Assembly: GCF_001194135.2 (NCBI RefSeq)
Contig: NC_068992.1
Coordinates: 43,550,974 to 43,590,502, forward strand
DNA from: Octopus bimaculoides
Lineage: Eukaryota
Reading direction: 5' to 3'
Length of the DNA stretch: 39,529 bases
In this document: positions 11,435 through 24,280 of the stretch, one piece after another
How the letters are laid out: each line of letters starts with the position of its first letter
How positions within the stretch are numbered: the stretch's first letter is position 1
Notes under the pieces: model-generated
Databases searched by the model: none
The model's input: only the letters and a program-made list of their open reading frames with translations
Told to the model about the DNA's origin: nothing
Made by a program: the position numbers and the translations under genes

Positions 11435-12296
11435 AGCCTACTTGCATACTATTACATACCATTCTGTCAAGTCTAGCAACCCAAGCCCCCTTGTTTGGCA
11501 TTTGCTGTAGGCCAGTGTTTCTCAAAGGAAAAGCAATGATTTAGGGTGGAAAAAGAGACGGCCATGTTTTAATAATGTTATGTTGATTTAAAAATTTTTT
11601 TGAAATATGTCCAACACCAAGGTGAAGAAAGAATGATAATATGGAGGCAAACCATACTGAGTCTTTCGTTTTAGTATTTGGTTTAATCAAAGAATCGATT
11701 AGTTATTTGGTTAAAAGATTAAGCTATTGCCAAACAAAAATAAAGAAGTGAAATAGAACCAATACGTGCGTGTATTATTGGCATAATGACCCTCCCGAAA
11801 TACAACAGAATATATTATGCTATATCATTGATAAAGAAGGGATGATTCTAAAAATGCTTTTTTTATATCTTATTGGATAAGGATGCTGTTATATGTTAGT
11901 TTGAAAACTATCTGTGAAACCGTTTTAGTGTTAAGTGTTTTTGACTAACTCTAACCTTAACCAGACGTCCACAAAATGTTATAATCTTTACAGTGTGGAT
12001 CTTGTCCTACGTCCTGTTCAAATTATCCATCCATTGCCCTTCAAAGAATCATTTCTTTTCATTAAAAAAAATTAAATCACAATTGCAGCGTGTAAGTTGT
12101 TTCTAAGCCATTTAAAAACACAGCACGGAATTTTGTCAGTGATCAGGTCGCGGTCTCAAAGTGACGAAAATATTTTGACAAATTAAATTCAAATGTTGAA
12201 GTAAATCTAATGGTTTTTGTGTTTTTTAATGGCCTATGAACGCCTTCCACAAAAATTAAATACCTTTGGAATAAAGATAACTTTGTTATTGTTGAT

Positions 12297-12334
<38 letters not shown>

Positions 12335-12387
12335 TATTATTATTATTATTATTATTACTATTATTATTATTATTATTATAATAATAT

Positions 12388-12600
12388 AGGCAGTGAACTG
12401 GCGGAAACGTTACTGCACGCCGGACAAAATGCTTAGCGGTATTTCTTCCGTCTTTACATTCTGAGTTCAAATTCCACCGAGGTCGACTTTACCTTTCATC
12501 TTTTCGGGGTCGATAAAAGAAGTACCAACTGATCACTGGAGTCGATGTAACCAACTAGTCCCCTCCTCCAAAATTTCAGGCCTTGTGCCTTAGTATAAAG
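12388..12600 (+). mobile_element. SINE family A, full length
   Basis: Head, B-box, central domain and tail; flanked by (ATC)n/(ATT)n. Confidence 0.9.
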
Positions 12601-12625
12601 GATCATTATTATTATTATTACTATA

Positions 12626-12660
<35 letters not shown>

Positions 12661-12661
<1 letters not shown>

Positions 12662-12881
12662 GGCAAGCTGGCAGAATCGTTAGAACGCCGGGCGAAATGC
12701 TGCTAAGCATTTCACCCGTCATTACGTTCTGAGTTCAAATTCTGCCGAGGTCGACTTTGCCTTTCATCCTCTCGAAGTTGATAAAATAATAAGTACCAGT
12801 TGAACACTGAGGTCACTGCTTTTCCTTTTAGAAACACTGGCCTCCCACCAAAATTGATGGGCTTGTGCCAAAATTCGAAAC
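12661..12881 (+). mobile_element. SINE family A with a replaced 31-bp segment
   Basis: Family A throughout except 12813-12843 (see findings); followed by (ATT)n at 12883-12963. Confidence 0.88.
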
Positions 12882-12910
12882 TATTATTATTATTATTATT
12901 ATTATTATTA

Positions 12911-12963
<53 letters not shown>

Positions 12964-14117
12964 ATTGTTATTAATCTTATTCTTCGAAACAAAATTATTG
13001 AACAAAACAAAACCACACAGAAGCTGCTGACCGCTTTTTTTTTTCATATTTTAGTTTATTATCATTATTTTTTGCTATCCCTGTTTCTTGGTAAAATATA
13101 TTACCGTCTGTCTATGGGTCATTTAACCAGAGAGATTTCTAAATTCTCTGGAATTCATTTCGTTTCAAATAAATATATTTTGCATCAATATTATTCGGTT
13201 GCTTACATTTCCAAATATTAACTGCATGGATATTGATACTTCTCCTCTTCTCTCAGCGCATTGTTTATTATACGACTGCAGTTCTTTCTTTGTTTGGTGT
13301 CTGTGCTTTATTTATATCAGTGCTGTAGAATGGCTAGTTTGTCGCAGTATTGCAGAATCGAGATCGGCTGGAATCAAATTCAGTATGGAAAGGGTAAAAT
13401 ACACATACATACATACATACACACATGCATACATGCATGCACACACATATATGTATGTATATGTATATANNNNNNNNNNNNNNNNNNNNNNNNNNNNNNN
13501 NNNNNNNNNNNNNNNNNNNNNNNNNNNNNNNNNNNNNNNNNNNNNNNNNNNNNNNNNNNNNNNNNNNNNNNNNNNNNNNNNNNNNNNNNNNNNNNNNNNN
13601 NNNNNNNNNNNNNNNNNNNNNNNNNNNNNNNNNNNNNNNNNNNNNNNNNNNNNNNNNNNNNNNNNNNNNNNNNNNNNNNNNNNNNNNNNNNNNNNNNNNN
13701 NNNNNNNNNNNNNNNNNNNNNNNNNNNNNNNNNNNNNNNNNNNNNNNNNNNNNNNNNNNNNNNNNNNNNNNNNNNNNNNNNNNNNNNNNNNNNNNNNNNN
13801 NNNNNNNNNNNNNNNNATATATATTTATTCGTATATTGTTTCTTTTTTATTTATGCAATGGTTATGGGTTATATATTGGTATTATGTAATTCTTGCAGCG
13901 AGATATTTGGCTGAAGTTGATTGGTGGAATAGAAATTACAAGATACTCCTCTTCCTTTGTGCTTGATTTCAATTCTCGCTGAAGTTTGACTTCGTCTCTC
14001 GTTCATTCTCTAAATATCATCCCCTTTCCGATTCAATCGATAATAAACATTTTTGTTTTCTGTAAAGCTTTGCTTCATGCAATATACAAAGAATTTATTA
14101 ATATTGTTATTATCAAA

Positions 14118-14327
14118 GCGGGGAGCTGGCAGGATCGTTAGCAATCCGGACAAAATGCTTAGCAGCATTTCCGTCATTTACGTTCTGAGTTTTAATTCCA
14201 CCGAGGTCGACTTTGCCTTTTATTTTTTCAGGACCGATGAAATAAATACCAGTTACACACTGAGGTCGATGTAATCGATTCGTGCTCTCTCCCCAAATTT
14301 CAGGCCTTGTGCCTTTAGTAGAAAGGA
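14118..14327 (+). mobile_element. SINE family A, full length
   Basis: Homologous to the other family A copies. Confidence 0.9.
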
Positions 14328-14349
14328 TATTACATCTAGCATACTCAGC

Positions 14350-14640
14350 TTGTTGTTGGAGTTTTCATTCATGTACCGTGTGCTCGCTTCCCGTGAACTG
14401 CGGTTGTATGCTCTTTGCAAAAGTTTGAATGTGCTCTGTCATCGTTTTAGTCCTATGTTTTCCAAGTCATTTCCAATTTCTTTGCTCACCCTACCGAGAA
14501 CATCATATATATCTTTATCATTGACCTCAGCTCTTTTATTTCTCTTAAAAGCTTCATGTCTCATCAGTTTTTCCGCCTTTTTCGATCATTCAGCTGTCCC
14601 TAGGGCAAGCGATGTCAATGCTCAAGCACGATTTTTCGCT
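14350..14640 (-). mobile_element. Probable degenerate RTE-like LINE ORF2 linker fragment
   Basis: The minus strand reads KAEKLMRHEAFKRNKRAEVNDKDIYDVLGRVSKEIGNDLENIGLKR*QSTFKLLQRAYNRSSREASTRYMNEN with stops, resembling the EN-RT linker. The plus ORF 14350-14646 has antisense-like L/S/F composition. By-eye similarity only. Confidence 0.35.
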
Positions 14641-14780
14641 GTTTAATGCAGCATGGCAGATACTGCATCACAGTCGATGCAACCTAATTTTGGAAATGTA
14701 ATTCTAAGAAAAGAAATTGTTTATGTTTATGTATTTGTTTTGCAAGATTCTTGAGGTGAAAACGTGTGTTGAAACAGATA

Positions 14781-15133
14781 TTGTAATATTTGGAGATGGT
14801 CATCTTTGCCAAGTAAACACACACACTATTTATTTGATCTTCACTTTAGCTTTTATTCATTTTATCTTTAGTTTATTCATCTGTCGAGGTTCTGTGACCT
14901 CTTCAACGACGTTCCATGTTGTTACCTCTTCAACAGTAACAACATGCATCTCTTCTTGTTCTGACATGAGACAGAGAGTTGTTGAAGAGGTTACAGAACG
15001 TGCGACGAAAGACCTTTGACAGACGAATAAGCTAAAAATAATACGAATAAAAACTAAAATGAAGATCAAATAAATGGTGCGTGTGTTTAATTGGCAAAGA
15101 ATTGACAAAGATGACCATCCCCAAATATAACAA
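14781..15133. mobile_element. Foldback/MITE-like element with ~125-150-bp inverted arms
   Basis: Arms ~14781-14909 and ~14977-15133 are reverse complements apart from small indels. An inner 11-bp hairpin CATGTTGTTAC/GTAACAACATG is present. No clean TSD. Confidence 0.8.
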
Positions 15134-17724
15134 ATTGTTTATACTCGTCAAAGCCCCATCAACATGATCGGATCATGTCCAGCAGGCACACGCTAAATAT
15201 CTACTATCGAAAGTAGCGGGCAAATAAGCGGAACGTTGAAACCGACGCTTGACGAACGAAATCAGTAAACAATGGCCAGCTACCAAGTGGTTTGCTACCG
15301 GGCATTATCATTGTGGTACACAACATTATTCTCGTTGCTTTAACTCTTCTGTAATTATTCATGAGACACACCATGGTGATCCTATCACATCCGCCATTGT
15401 TGACCACCTACCAGCTTCTGGTACCCGTCTATGACTACCACCAACCACCCCGTGGATACGTCAACACACCACTGATCGCAGCCCTCAGAAAACCACAGCA
15501 ATAGCCTTCTCAATCAGAATTATAAAAGACGCATAGTAACTATTAGGGTGTTTTTTTTTTATTTTACAAAAGAAGTGGGTCTTTCATTCCGTAAAATATA
15601 GTCTAAGCTATATGAGAAATAAAATAGGTCATTGGTATGCCCTGGTGGTTATAATGTTTGATCCCACTGCATAGATGTAAACAAAGTTTTGGTATTCTAC
15701 AATCCATTCAAGCCTTGTGGTTGAATCAGTTTCGTCTTGGAGTTCTGGCTACTGTGGCTCAGCTGTAACACAAGCTGTAGGTTTCACATTGGAGTGATCT
15801 TTTCTTTAGTGAACCTCCTTGCAGAGTTGGAGAGCTCCACCAAGCCTGGGATTCTGTATAGTGGTTATGTTACTAATACATGTGTTTTATTGTCTCGGAA
15901 GTTCTGATTAGTTCAGCTGAGAGGTTCAAGTCGTAATCTACGGAAAATCTAACAAAATAAAAAAACAACTGGCAAACTTCGTTTCCGACAAGGTCCTGAT
16001 TCATAACCGTTACAATTCGATTCTTCGATTCTTAAATGTTACAATCTATTATATAATTTTATTGGTGTGAAAAGCGGCATTTGACATATCAAAGACCTTA
16101 TTTGATTGCGAATAACTAAATATATAAATTTTCGTTCTGTTTGTTTTAGACCTGACAAGGAAACAGCATTTTAAAAAGCGGAAAATATGAGACGAGTTAT
16201 TGTTATTAAGATCAATATTTTTCAAAATAGTAATTTAATTCTCAGAAATGAAAACAATTTTAGAATAGCATTTTGTATATCTTACTTAACGTGGATATAC
16301 CGTAGAAAACCACATACGGTAATCATCTGAAAAAGCTTCTCGTATAGATATGTAGAGGTATGGTGCTAAAAAGAAGAGAATTGTATCAGTGATAGAGAAA
16401 AAGTGTCCAGCAGTGAGGGAGGAATTGATAAATTCGGGACTTCTGCACCTCTGTGCGTCATCGGCAGCACGCATCCACTATCAACTGCATGCTTAGACAA
16501 ATTTCGCTTCTATACATATAGAAAAAGCTGGTGTTGCAAACAGCTGGTGGGCTATCCGCATTTACATTCGAGATTAATAATCCAAAGAATTAAAAACTTT
16601 ATAGCAACATGAAGCGATGTCATTTTGACTGCAAATTCCTGGAGCGACAGATTTCGACTAAGAATCGAACACGTGTCAGTCAGTGAAAGCGCTGTTTCTA
16701 TTCGATGACTTAGCCAATCAAATAACTGCATTTCACACAAGTTTTGTTTTAGAGTTATTCACGAACCATCATTTTCAGAGATACCCCTTTGTGTGAGACT
16801 GACTTAAGCTAGAACACCACAGCAAATCTCACCAGCAAGCAACAACAAGATGTGATACTTTCCTTTAAATAACAGAAGAAACAATGGAAAGTCTTAACAT
16901 CATTGAACTTTCTCATCTTAAGAACGTATTTGTTTTCACACACACAACACACACGCAACACACGCACACAACACACACACACAACACACACAGGCACACA
17001 CACACACATACACACAAGCACACGCGCGTGTCCAACAAATGCACACAACACACGCATGCACTCACTTTTTTTCCAAACTCCTAAATCGTTAAAATTGTTA
17101 GCTGTATATCATATTAAATTTATATACACCGTAAAAAAGCATGCTGTTCTGGTTTTTTGATTGACATGTGCTAAAAGCACAATATATATCAAAGCATTCT
17201 CGATATATAAGAACAATGAATAACACTTCCACTGATATTGCGGAATGCTTGCCAAGAAGTAAAAAATATCTGAGAATGCAATTGAAACAGCACTAAATTA
17301 AAATAGCCATCTCTACATCATAGTAAATATACATACATTGTAGAAAGAAAAACACAAACTTCGTTCAGTCATGTGACAGATTGGTACACGTTATGAACAA
17401 GATACAATTAAGGTGGCATGCATCTAACATTCTCATAAATCACTGGTGCGACGATGTTTGTTTCGCTTCAATATATATTGTGTTTTTAATACATCTACGA
17501 AGAGGGTTTTTCTGAGGCAAATACTACTGTAGCTTGCCTTTCTAATTTGTATATACATTTAGTATAATACATAGATTCCTTCAACTGATGGGATATATTT
17601 CATTTAAAATATCTGTCGGGACAGTCTCAAATCTTGTTTGAATAGAAGACCTACACACGCATACATTTTATATACATACACACACATATACACATACATT
17701 AATATATATACATTTACATATATA

Positions 17725-17919
17725 TACTCTTTTACTTGTTTCAGTCTTTTGACTGTGGCCATGCTGGAGCACCGCCTTTTAGTCGAGCAATTCGACCCCA
17801 GGACTTATTCTATCGGACTCTTTTGTCGAACTACTAAGTTACGGGGACGTAAACACACCAACATCGGTTGTCAAGTGATGGTAGAGGGATAAACACAAAC
17901 ACACAAATACATATATATA

Positions 17920-17971
<52 letters not shown>

Positions 17972-18133
17972 ACTGGTTTCTTTCAATTTCCGTCTACCAA
18001 ATCTACTCACAAGGCTTTGGTCGGCCCAAGGATATAGTAAAAGACACTTGTCAAAGGTGTCAAGCAGTGGGACTGAACCCGGAGCCACGTGGTTGGAAAG
18101 CAAGTTTCTTACCACATAGCCACTCCTGCGCCT
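17725..18133 (-). mobile_element. SINE family B, full bipartite copy
   Basis: 3' module ~17725-17905, internal (TA)n, CORE-like part and head ~17970-18133. Confidence 0.88.
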
Positions 18134-19858
18134 ATATATACACACACACACACAAAGTATGGGGGGTTAGTTCACAGATGATCTAAACGATTAGGTAAGT
18201 GCTGTAACGGACTACCAGGGCTCCAGGGTTATAGCCGAGATGGTAGGTATGGAACCATCGCAGACTTTAACCCACATGAATATACGCAGAATTGAACCTA
18301 AAGACTTACGCTCATGGATCTACGCAGGATTGCTCCTAAGGACTCATGCTTTGGTTTCCACAACTTCGGAAAGTTGGACTATGAATTGTTATGCCTCTTT
18401 TTTCTTCTCTCTTTCCATCTCCTTATTCTTTTACTCCCTTCTTCTATGTTGTCATCTTACGGATATATACCATTCTCATTTTCCATAACATAGCGGTTTG
18501 ACAAACAATTACAAACAGCCTGGTAATAGAGTTATTACCAGGCTGAACATAAAATAAGTACTAGAGTCCATGTTTTTCAACTAAAAATTCTCCGAAGTGG
18601 CACCCCTGATCGGCCACAGTCTAATGGCTGGAACAAATGGACAAGAAAAAGGATACACACACATATGCATGTATATGTATACTCACACACATACACACAA
18701 ATGCATGTATATGTATACTCACTCACACACACAAATGCGTGTATACTCGCACTCACACACGTACACACATGTATATAATACAGAGAGAGAGAGGGGGGAA
18801 CCTTGTTTTGGAATAGTGGATATCGAAGCAAATATAGCAGCTTTAAATAAGACGGTGTAAATATTAGTTTAAGAAACCCGTTTGATAGAAAATGTTGAAC
18901 CTACATCCGTAAAGATGAGAGACGTTCTGCCATTGGACCAGAGCAATCATTTGAATTTCTCTCTCCGTTTTAGAAATTGTATTCTTCCCAACGAGAATTG
19001 GGTCAACCAATAATCGGCACGTTACTATTTATTGCTGCTATATCTGCTTCGAGACCCACCGTTCCAAAATAGCATTTGTAAATTCATACGACGTCAATAC
19101 TCATAAGAGCGAAGCAAATAGAGTGAGGAAAAGAGAGAATGAATGTTCATGCTGACTACAGTCTGTATATTTGTAGAAACACAATACCTCTTAGTAATTA
19201 TATTTGACCGTGTTAGAGAAAACATTATACCTTATGGCGTTTAATATTCTTCAATTTCTCAGTTCAACTCTGTTTTATTCTTTCTTTCTTTTAATTTTCT
19301 CTTGGAGAAAAGTAAAAACAAAAATAGTAAATGATGCCAAGTAATTTCTCTGTGAAACTTATAAAGTCAAAACAATTGCAGAAAAAACCCCAAAAAGTAA
19401 AAACTACAGAAAAATTATGAAAAATAAATAAATATTTCTCGTGAATTTCTTTTTCTTTAACAGTTTCTAATTCCGTTTGGTATTTGTGTGCACATTATTC
19501 TGAATTAGTAGCAGTAGAGGCGGAGGGGAAGAAACTCTCTGTAGTACATTAAATATTGAAAAACTGCCATTAGTTCATATTTGTCGACTGCATGATAAAT
19601 TCAGAAAATATTGCATTATTATTGTTGTGTTGCTGCTGTTATTATAACTATTATTATTGCTGTGACTCTTCTTCTTCTTCTTCTTCGTTTTGTTTACAAT
19701 AATAAAGAAAAAAGGCAACAACCAGTCAACATTTAAACATTCAACCACTGGAAGAGAAAGAAAAATATGAGCCAAAAAAGAAGCAGACGACAAGTTAATA
19801 AATAACTATGAGAGAAAAAAAAAGTATTTTGATCTTTCATTCTGAAAACAAAGTCCTT

Positions 19859-19863
<5 letters not shown>

Positions 19864-19911
<48 letters not shown>

Positions 19912-19978
19912 ATACACACACTCTCTCGCTCTTTCTCTCTCACATACGTTCTCTCTCTCTCTCTCTCTCCCTCCCTCT
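19864..19978. repeat. (CT)n microsatellite
   Basis: Directly visible. Confidence 0.95.
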
Positions 19979-20627
19979 ATTATTGTTGTTGTTGGTGATG
20001 GTGGTGGTGGTCATATTTTTCTGACAAAGTAAATAAATACACTTCAAACGAACCTCATTTCCTATATATTCCTTCAGATTAATTAATCAAGGCTTTGCTA
20101 CGAATTTCTGCATCCGTACTTTTTCAGTTATTATAAATATTAGTTTTTTTATGTATTTATTTATTTGTCTTTCGTTGTAGCTTTTTTTTGTTATTGTTTT
20201 TGCCATAGTAAATAAGGTATAGATACTGTACGTGTGTGTGTGCGAGTGTGCAAGCATGTATATCTCTATATATGCATATACATATATATATATATATATA
20301 CATACACACACACATATATATGCATATATATTTACATATTTCATAAACTATATATATATATATAATTTATAAAATATATATATATTACGTATACGTTGAT
20401 TTGCATNNNNNNNNNNTATTTGTATTCCATAAACTACGTATATAATATATAGATATATATTACAGCAGCTGTGTGTGTGTGTTTGCGTGTGTGTGTGTGT
20501 GTTTGCGTGTGTGTGCGCGCGCGTATGTGTGTGTGTGTATATATGTATTAACAGTGTAACTAAAAGATTTATTTTAGCGAATGAAGAGCAATGTTAGCAT
20601 AGTAAAATATCAACGCTTATTCTGCCT

Positions 20628-20772
20628 ACAAGTTGACAGAATCTTTCGAACGTCGAATAGGACGCCTTACAGTTTTGTTTGTTCAGACATTCTGTGTTTT
20701 GAGTTCAAATCCTGTACAGATCAACTTTTCCTCTATATTATTTCAGGGATCGATAAATAAATCACTAGTCTA
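20628..20772 (+). mobile_element. SINE family A, old degenerate copy
   Basis: GAGTTCAAATCC B-box and eroded central domain. Confidence 0.55.
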
Positions 20773-21086
20773 GCGGTGATTGATTAGTGGAAATTATTAG
20801 GCCGTCGGACTGGAATTCCTTGAAGTATTTGTTTCTATTCTTGGGTATTTGTAGTGGAGTAGAGACGGAAACGTTTTGGCACTGCCTGTTTGACATCGAT
20901 CATTCGACGTTGTCTTACTTGACATCAGACCTTTTGTGCTCAAGATATGTTGACGCTGAGAAAACTACAGAATCACTACACAGTTACTAAACTACTCGAC
21001 AATTAAACTGTGTTTAACTTTCTGTTTCACTTTAGGTATGTGATGAATAGTGAAATAGCGACGAAAAAATGGAAAAGAAAGATTTT

Positions 21087-21620
21087 CATCATCATCATCA
21101 TCATCGTTATGTGTCAACTATTCACAGCAGGTTGAATGAAAAGGACCCTCATTCGGATGCAGTTAAGTACATGACAAGGTCCCATTCCCTTCCACGGAGG
21201 TTGACCTCAAGTTTGTATACCGCGGAAAGTGTGCTCTAATATGCCACACATTCTCCTATCATACATTCTGAGCCGTTGACCAAATCAAATTCTTCAACTT
21301 CATCCTCTATTTTTAGTCTTCGTGCATTTAAATAGTGACATCTCCTGTACAGAAATCCTTTCGAGATTGCTGATACGCTCTACTCTGTTTTGCTCGCTGG
21401 CCGACGTGAGGTACCATGCTGTGACCATCAGTGAGCACTACCGACTTTTGCAGCCGTAGGTATGTAGTACTTAGAGACCATTGCTCCTGTCAGCGTCTGA
21501 AGGTGTGCGGCCAACTGGTTTACAAAGGCAATACTCCTTACCTCAACCCCAAGCACCACATAAAAATCAAATGGATCGGGGAAAGATCTTTGCCCGAACG
21601 AAAAACTGCAAACGTTAAAT
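21087..21620 (-). mobile_element. Probable degenerate RTE-like LINE 3' fragment with (GAT)n tail
   Basis: Frameshifted minus-strand motifs SGKDLSPIHLIF, VLHTYGCKSR (cf. LLYGCETW), NRVERISN and IEDEVEE/RI*FGQRLRM (cf. RLRWFGHVLRM). Ends in (CAT)n at 21087-21105 on the plus strand. Confidence 0.45.
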
Positions 21621-22990
21621 CTAAAGAAAGCAGTAAGTTCCTTTTTGCAAGAAATTATTGTACAATCAGAAAAATAGCTGGAGATATCACACATTCCTTG
21701 AGAGAAGAAGACATATTTGGTATTAAATTTTGCTGGAAACTTTATAATGATCGATTTAATAATGGAAATATAACGCTGTCTCATAGAAGACATTTGATAA
21801 ACCAAGAAAGAAAATACTTAATGAGTTTTGTGCAAAACTTTTAGCGTCCAATCACTATAGACATAGTCTTCTCAATAGCTGCACGAAACTTGAGTTTAAT
21901 AAGTTCACACAAATCTGTCTCGCAAAGCATCAGGTCCGTAAAAGACGACCCGGTTTTGTTTCTGAAGCTTTCATTTTTCAGGCGATAAATTTGCACTTGT
22001 TAATGACGTAGGGTGACGTAAATTAAGATGGCTACCATTTCTTTTTGGAATATAAGAAGATAAGCAAGGTGAATAGGTATGGTTACATGTATAATTTGGG
22101 TTAACTTTACCAACATCATTTCAGCAATTATAGTATTCCATTCGGTTTGTCTTCAGTCGATGAGAGACGGGAAAAAATATCCGTAATAGATACGTGAAAT
22201 ATAGGCAGATAGATACAGACTTCTCGCTTATCAATCCATGATGTCTCCATTTAAAATCTTGTCTTTGTGAATATATTTACTCTCTTTCTAATTCTCTCAC
22301 ATTCTCTTATATATGTTTGTGAATGTGTGTATATATAGACAAATATATATATATATATANNNNNNNNNNNNNNNNNNNNNNNNNNNNNNNNNNNNNNNNN
22401 NNNNNNNNNNNNNNNNNNNNNNNNNNNNNNNNNNNNNNNNNNNNNNNNNNNNNNNNNNNNNNNNNNNNNNNNNNNNNNNNNNNNNNNNNNNNNNNNNNNN
22501 NNNNNNNNNNNNNNNNNNNNNNNNNNNNNNNNNNNNNNNNNNNNNNNNNNNNNNNNNNNNNNNNNNNNNNNNNNNNNNNNNNNNNNNNNNNNNNNNNNNN
22601 NNNNNNNNNNNNNNNNNNNNNNNNNNNNNNNNNNNNNAGAGAGAGAGAGAGAGAGATTTGTATGCCTGTACTTATTGTTATGCAAGGTAAACAGAAATAC
22701 ATTATCTCCCAACTGCAGTTCCGTTCAATCAATTTAAAAATAAATCATTTGCAATAGTTTGAAATGCATCCTGTTTTCTAGCCATCAAATTATTTACCAT
22801 ACATCAGGAGGATCAGTTTTGAAGTTCATTACAGTGAATTAGAGAATTATCTGGGATGCAAATTATATGGAGTTTCTTTGCAAGACAAGAGTTACCGGAA
22901 GTTAACCTATTCCTAAACAATGGTACCTTACTTTTTCCTAATATTGGGCTTGTAAATGTAGCCAAAGTAAAGCTCCTTCACGAATCATAT

Positions 22991-23216
22991 AGACTCATAA
23001 GGCCGGTTTCCTGGTTTCTGTAACGTATATATATTCCCCACTTGAACGGGCCACTGGGCTGTCACATGGTTGCTCATTTTAACCAGCTGAGTTGACAGAA
23101 GTAACGAGAAATGAAGTGCTTTGCTCAAGAACACAATGCATCTCCTGGTCCAGGAATCGAATTCACAATCTTACGATCGAGAGTGCAAGACCCTAACAAT
23201 GCCTTGCGACCCCACA
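22991..23216 (-). mobile_element. tRNA-derived SINE, head E + tail Y
   Basis: Head with GAATTCGATTCC and TGTGTTCTTGAGCAAAGCACT; tail GAAACCAGGAAACCGGCCTTATGAG shared with 38896-39174. Confidence 0.75.
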
Positions 23217-23451
23217 TCTAATGTAACTGGTATCTCTTTTTTTTTTATCTCCTGGACAATTTCTAAAATACTGAGCGATTCTGTCGGTTTTGGCAACGGA
23301 ATTAGCAGAGGTGCAGCTACAGGTCTCTTTTGAATAACTATTCTATTGCTGAAAACATCAATTGTGTGTATAAAGACGTTTTTTTTAAGGAGTAAAGCTC
23401 AACATTCTGACGATTGCATATCGTTATCATTGTTATTATTACTATCGTTAA

Positions 23452-23611
23452 TTTGTTCGTCTTTACGTTCTGGGTTAAAATTCCGCCGAGGTCGACTTTG
23501 CCTTTTATTCTTTCGGGGTCGATCAAATAAGTACCAGTTATGCACTGGAGTCGACGTAATCGACTTACCCCCTCCCGCCAAATTTCAGGCCTTGGGCCTT
23601 ATAGTAGAAAG
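23452..23611 (+). mobile_element. SINE family A, 5'-truncated
   Basis: B-box, central domain and tail present. Confidence 0.85.
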
Positions 23612-23632
23612 AATTATCATTATTGTTATTGT

Positions 23633-23920
23633 GAAGGCGCGTGGCTTAGTGGTTAAAGTAATCACCTTACGATCGTAACGCCAGGAGTTCGATTCCCGGC
23701 GGCGCGTTGTGTCCTTGAGCAAAACACTTTATTTCATGTTGCTCCTGTCCACTCAGCTGACAAAAAATAACCCTTGTGTCACGCTGAATTTCCTTGAAAA
23801 CTACATTTAAGGTATACGTGTCTGTGGAGTGCTCAGCCAGTTGCACGTTAATTTCACGAGCTGGCTGTTTTGTTGATCGCATCAACTGGAACCTTCGTCG
23901 TCGTAAGCGATAGAGCACCA
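23633..23920 (+). mobile_element. tRNA-derived SINE, head E + tail X
   Basis: A-box GTGGCTTAGTGG, B-box GAGTTCGATTCC, TGTGTCCTTGAGCAAAACACT; tail GTCTGTGGAGTGCTCAGCC..GAACCTTCGTCGTCGTAA shared with 29119 and 31466. Confidence 0.85.
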
Positions 23921-24210
23921 GTATTATCATTATTATTATTGCTGTAGATGTCGTTACCGCTCCTGTTCTTTATGTTATTTAACCCCAGGTCAACTTGAAC
24001 CAGGCAATCCTATAGTCAAAATTATTTAGTGAATATGGTTGCTATTTCATTTTTCTTGGTTTGGTTATTTTGTCATTGATGTTTAACATTGCGTTTGCTC
24101 TTACTGAGAAAAATTATGGGCAAAAGCGTTCCATCGCTGGCCATCTAGTCTTATCATCGGGAATTGTCCGTTACATCCATTGCAACATTATTCAGTACCA
24201 CTTGTACTTC

Positions 24211-24280
24211 CAGGCACGGGCAAACGTTATCGAAAATCGGGCCGCATGACATATGGCTTATCATCATGCGGGCCGCACTA
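24211..24280 (+). mobile_element. Possible left end of a hAT-like MITE
   Basis: CAGGCACGGGCAAAC..GGGCCGCATG..GCGGGCCGCAC resembles hAT MITE subtermini; no clear right end. Confidence 0.25.

Noticed and set aside
13321-13393. Possible plus-strand exon (MASLSQYCRIEIGWNQIQYGK or AVEWLVCRSIAESRSAGIKFSMER), and short AG-led frames near 657, 7393, 8893, 9731 and 15827
   Set aside because: Short frames with only fair splice signals are expected by chance; no homology or consistent gene model.
15130-15500. Higher-GC stretch possibly from an LTR/Gypsy integrase or an exon
   Set aside because: No frame gave a motif I could support.
21431-21844. 137-aa plus-strand ORF as a gene
   Set aside because: No recognisable domain, and the opposite strand shows RTE-like motifs; probably a chance open antisense frame.
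22100-22160. Minus-strand CTGAAGA..GAAA
   Set aside because: Stems I, II and III do not pair convincingly.
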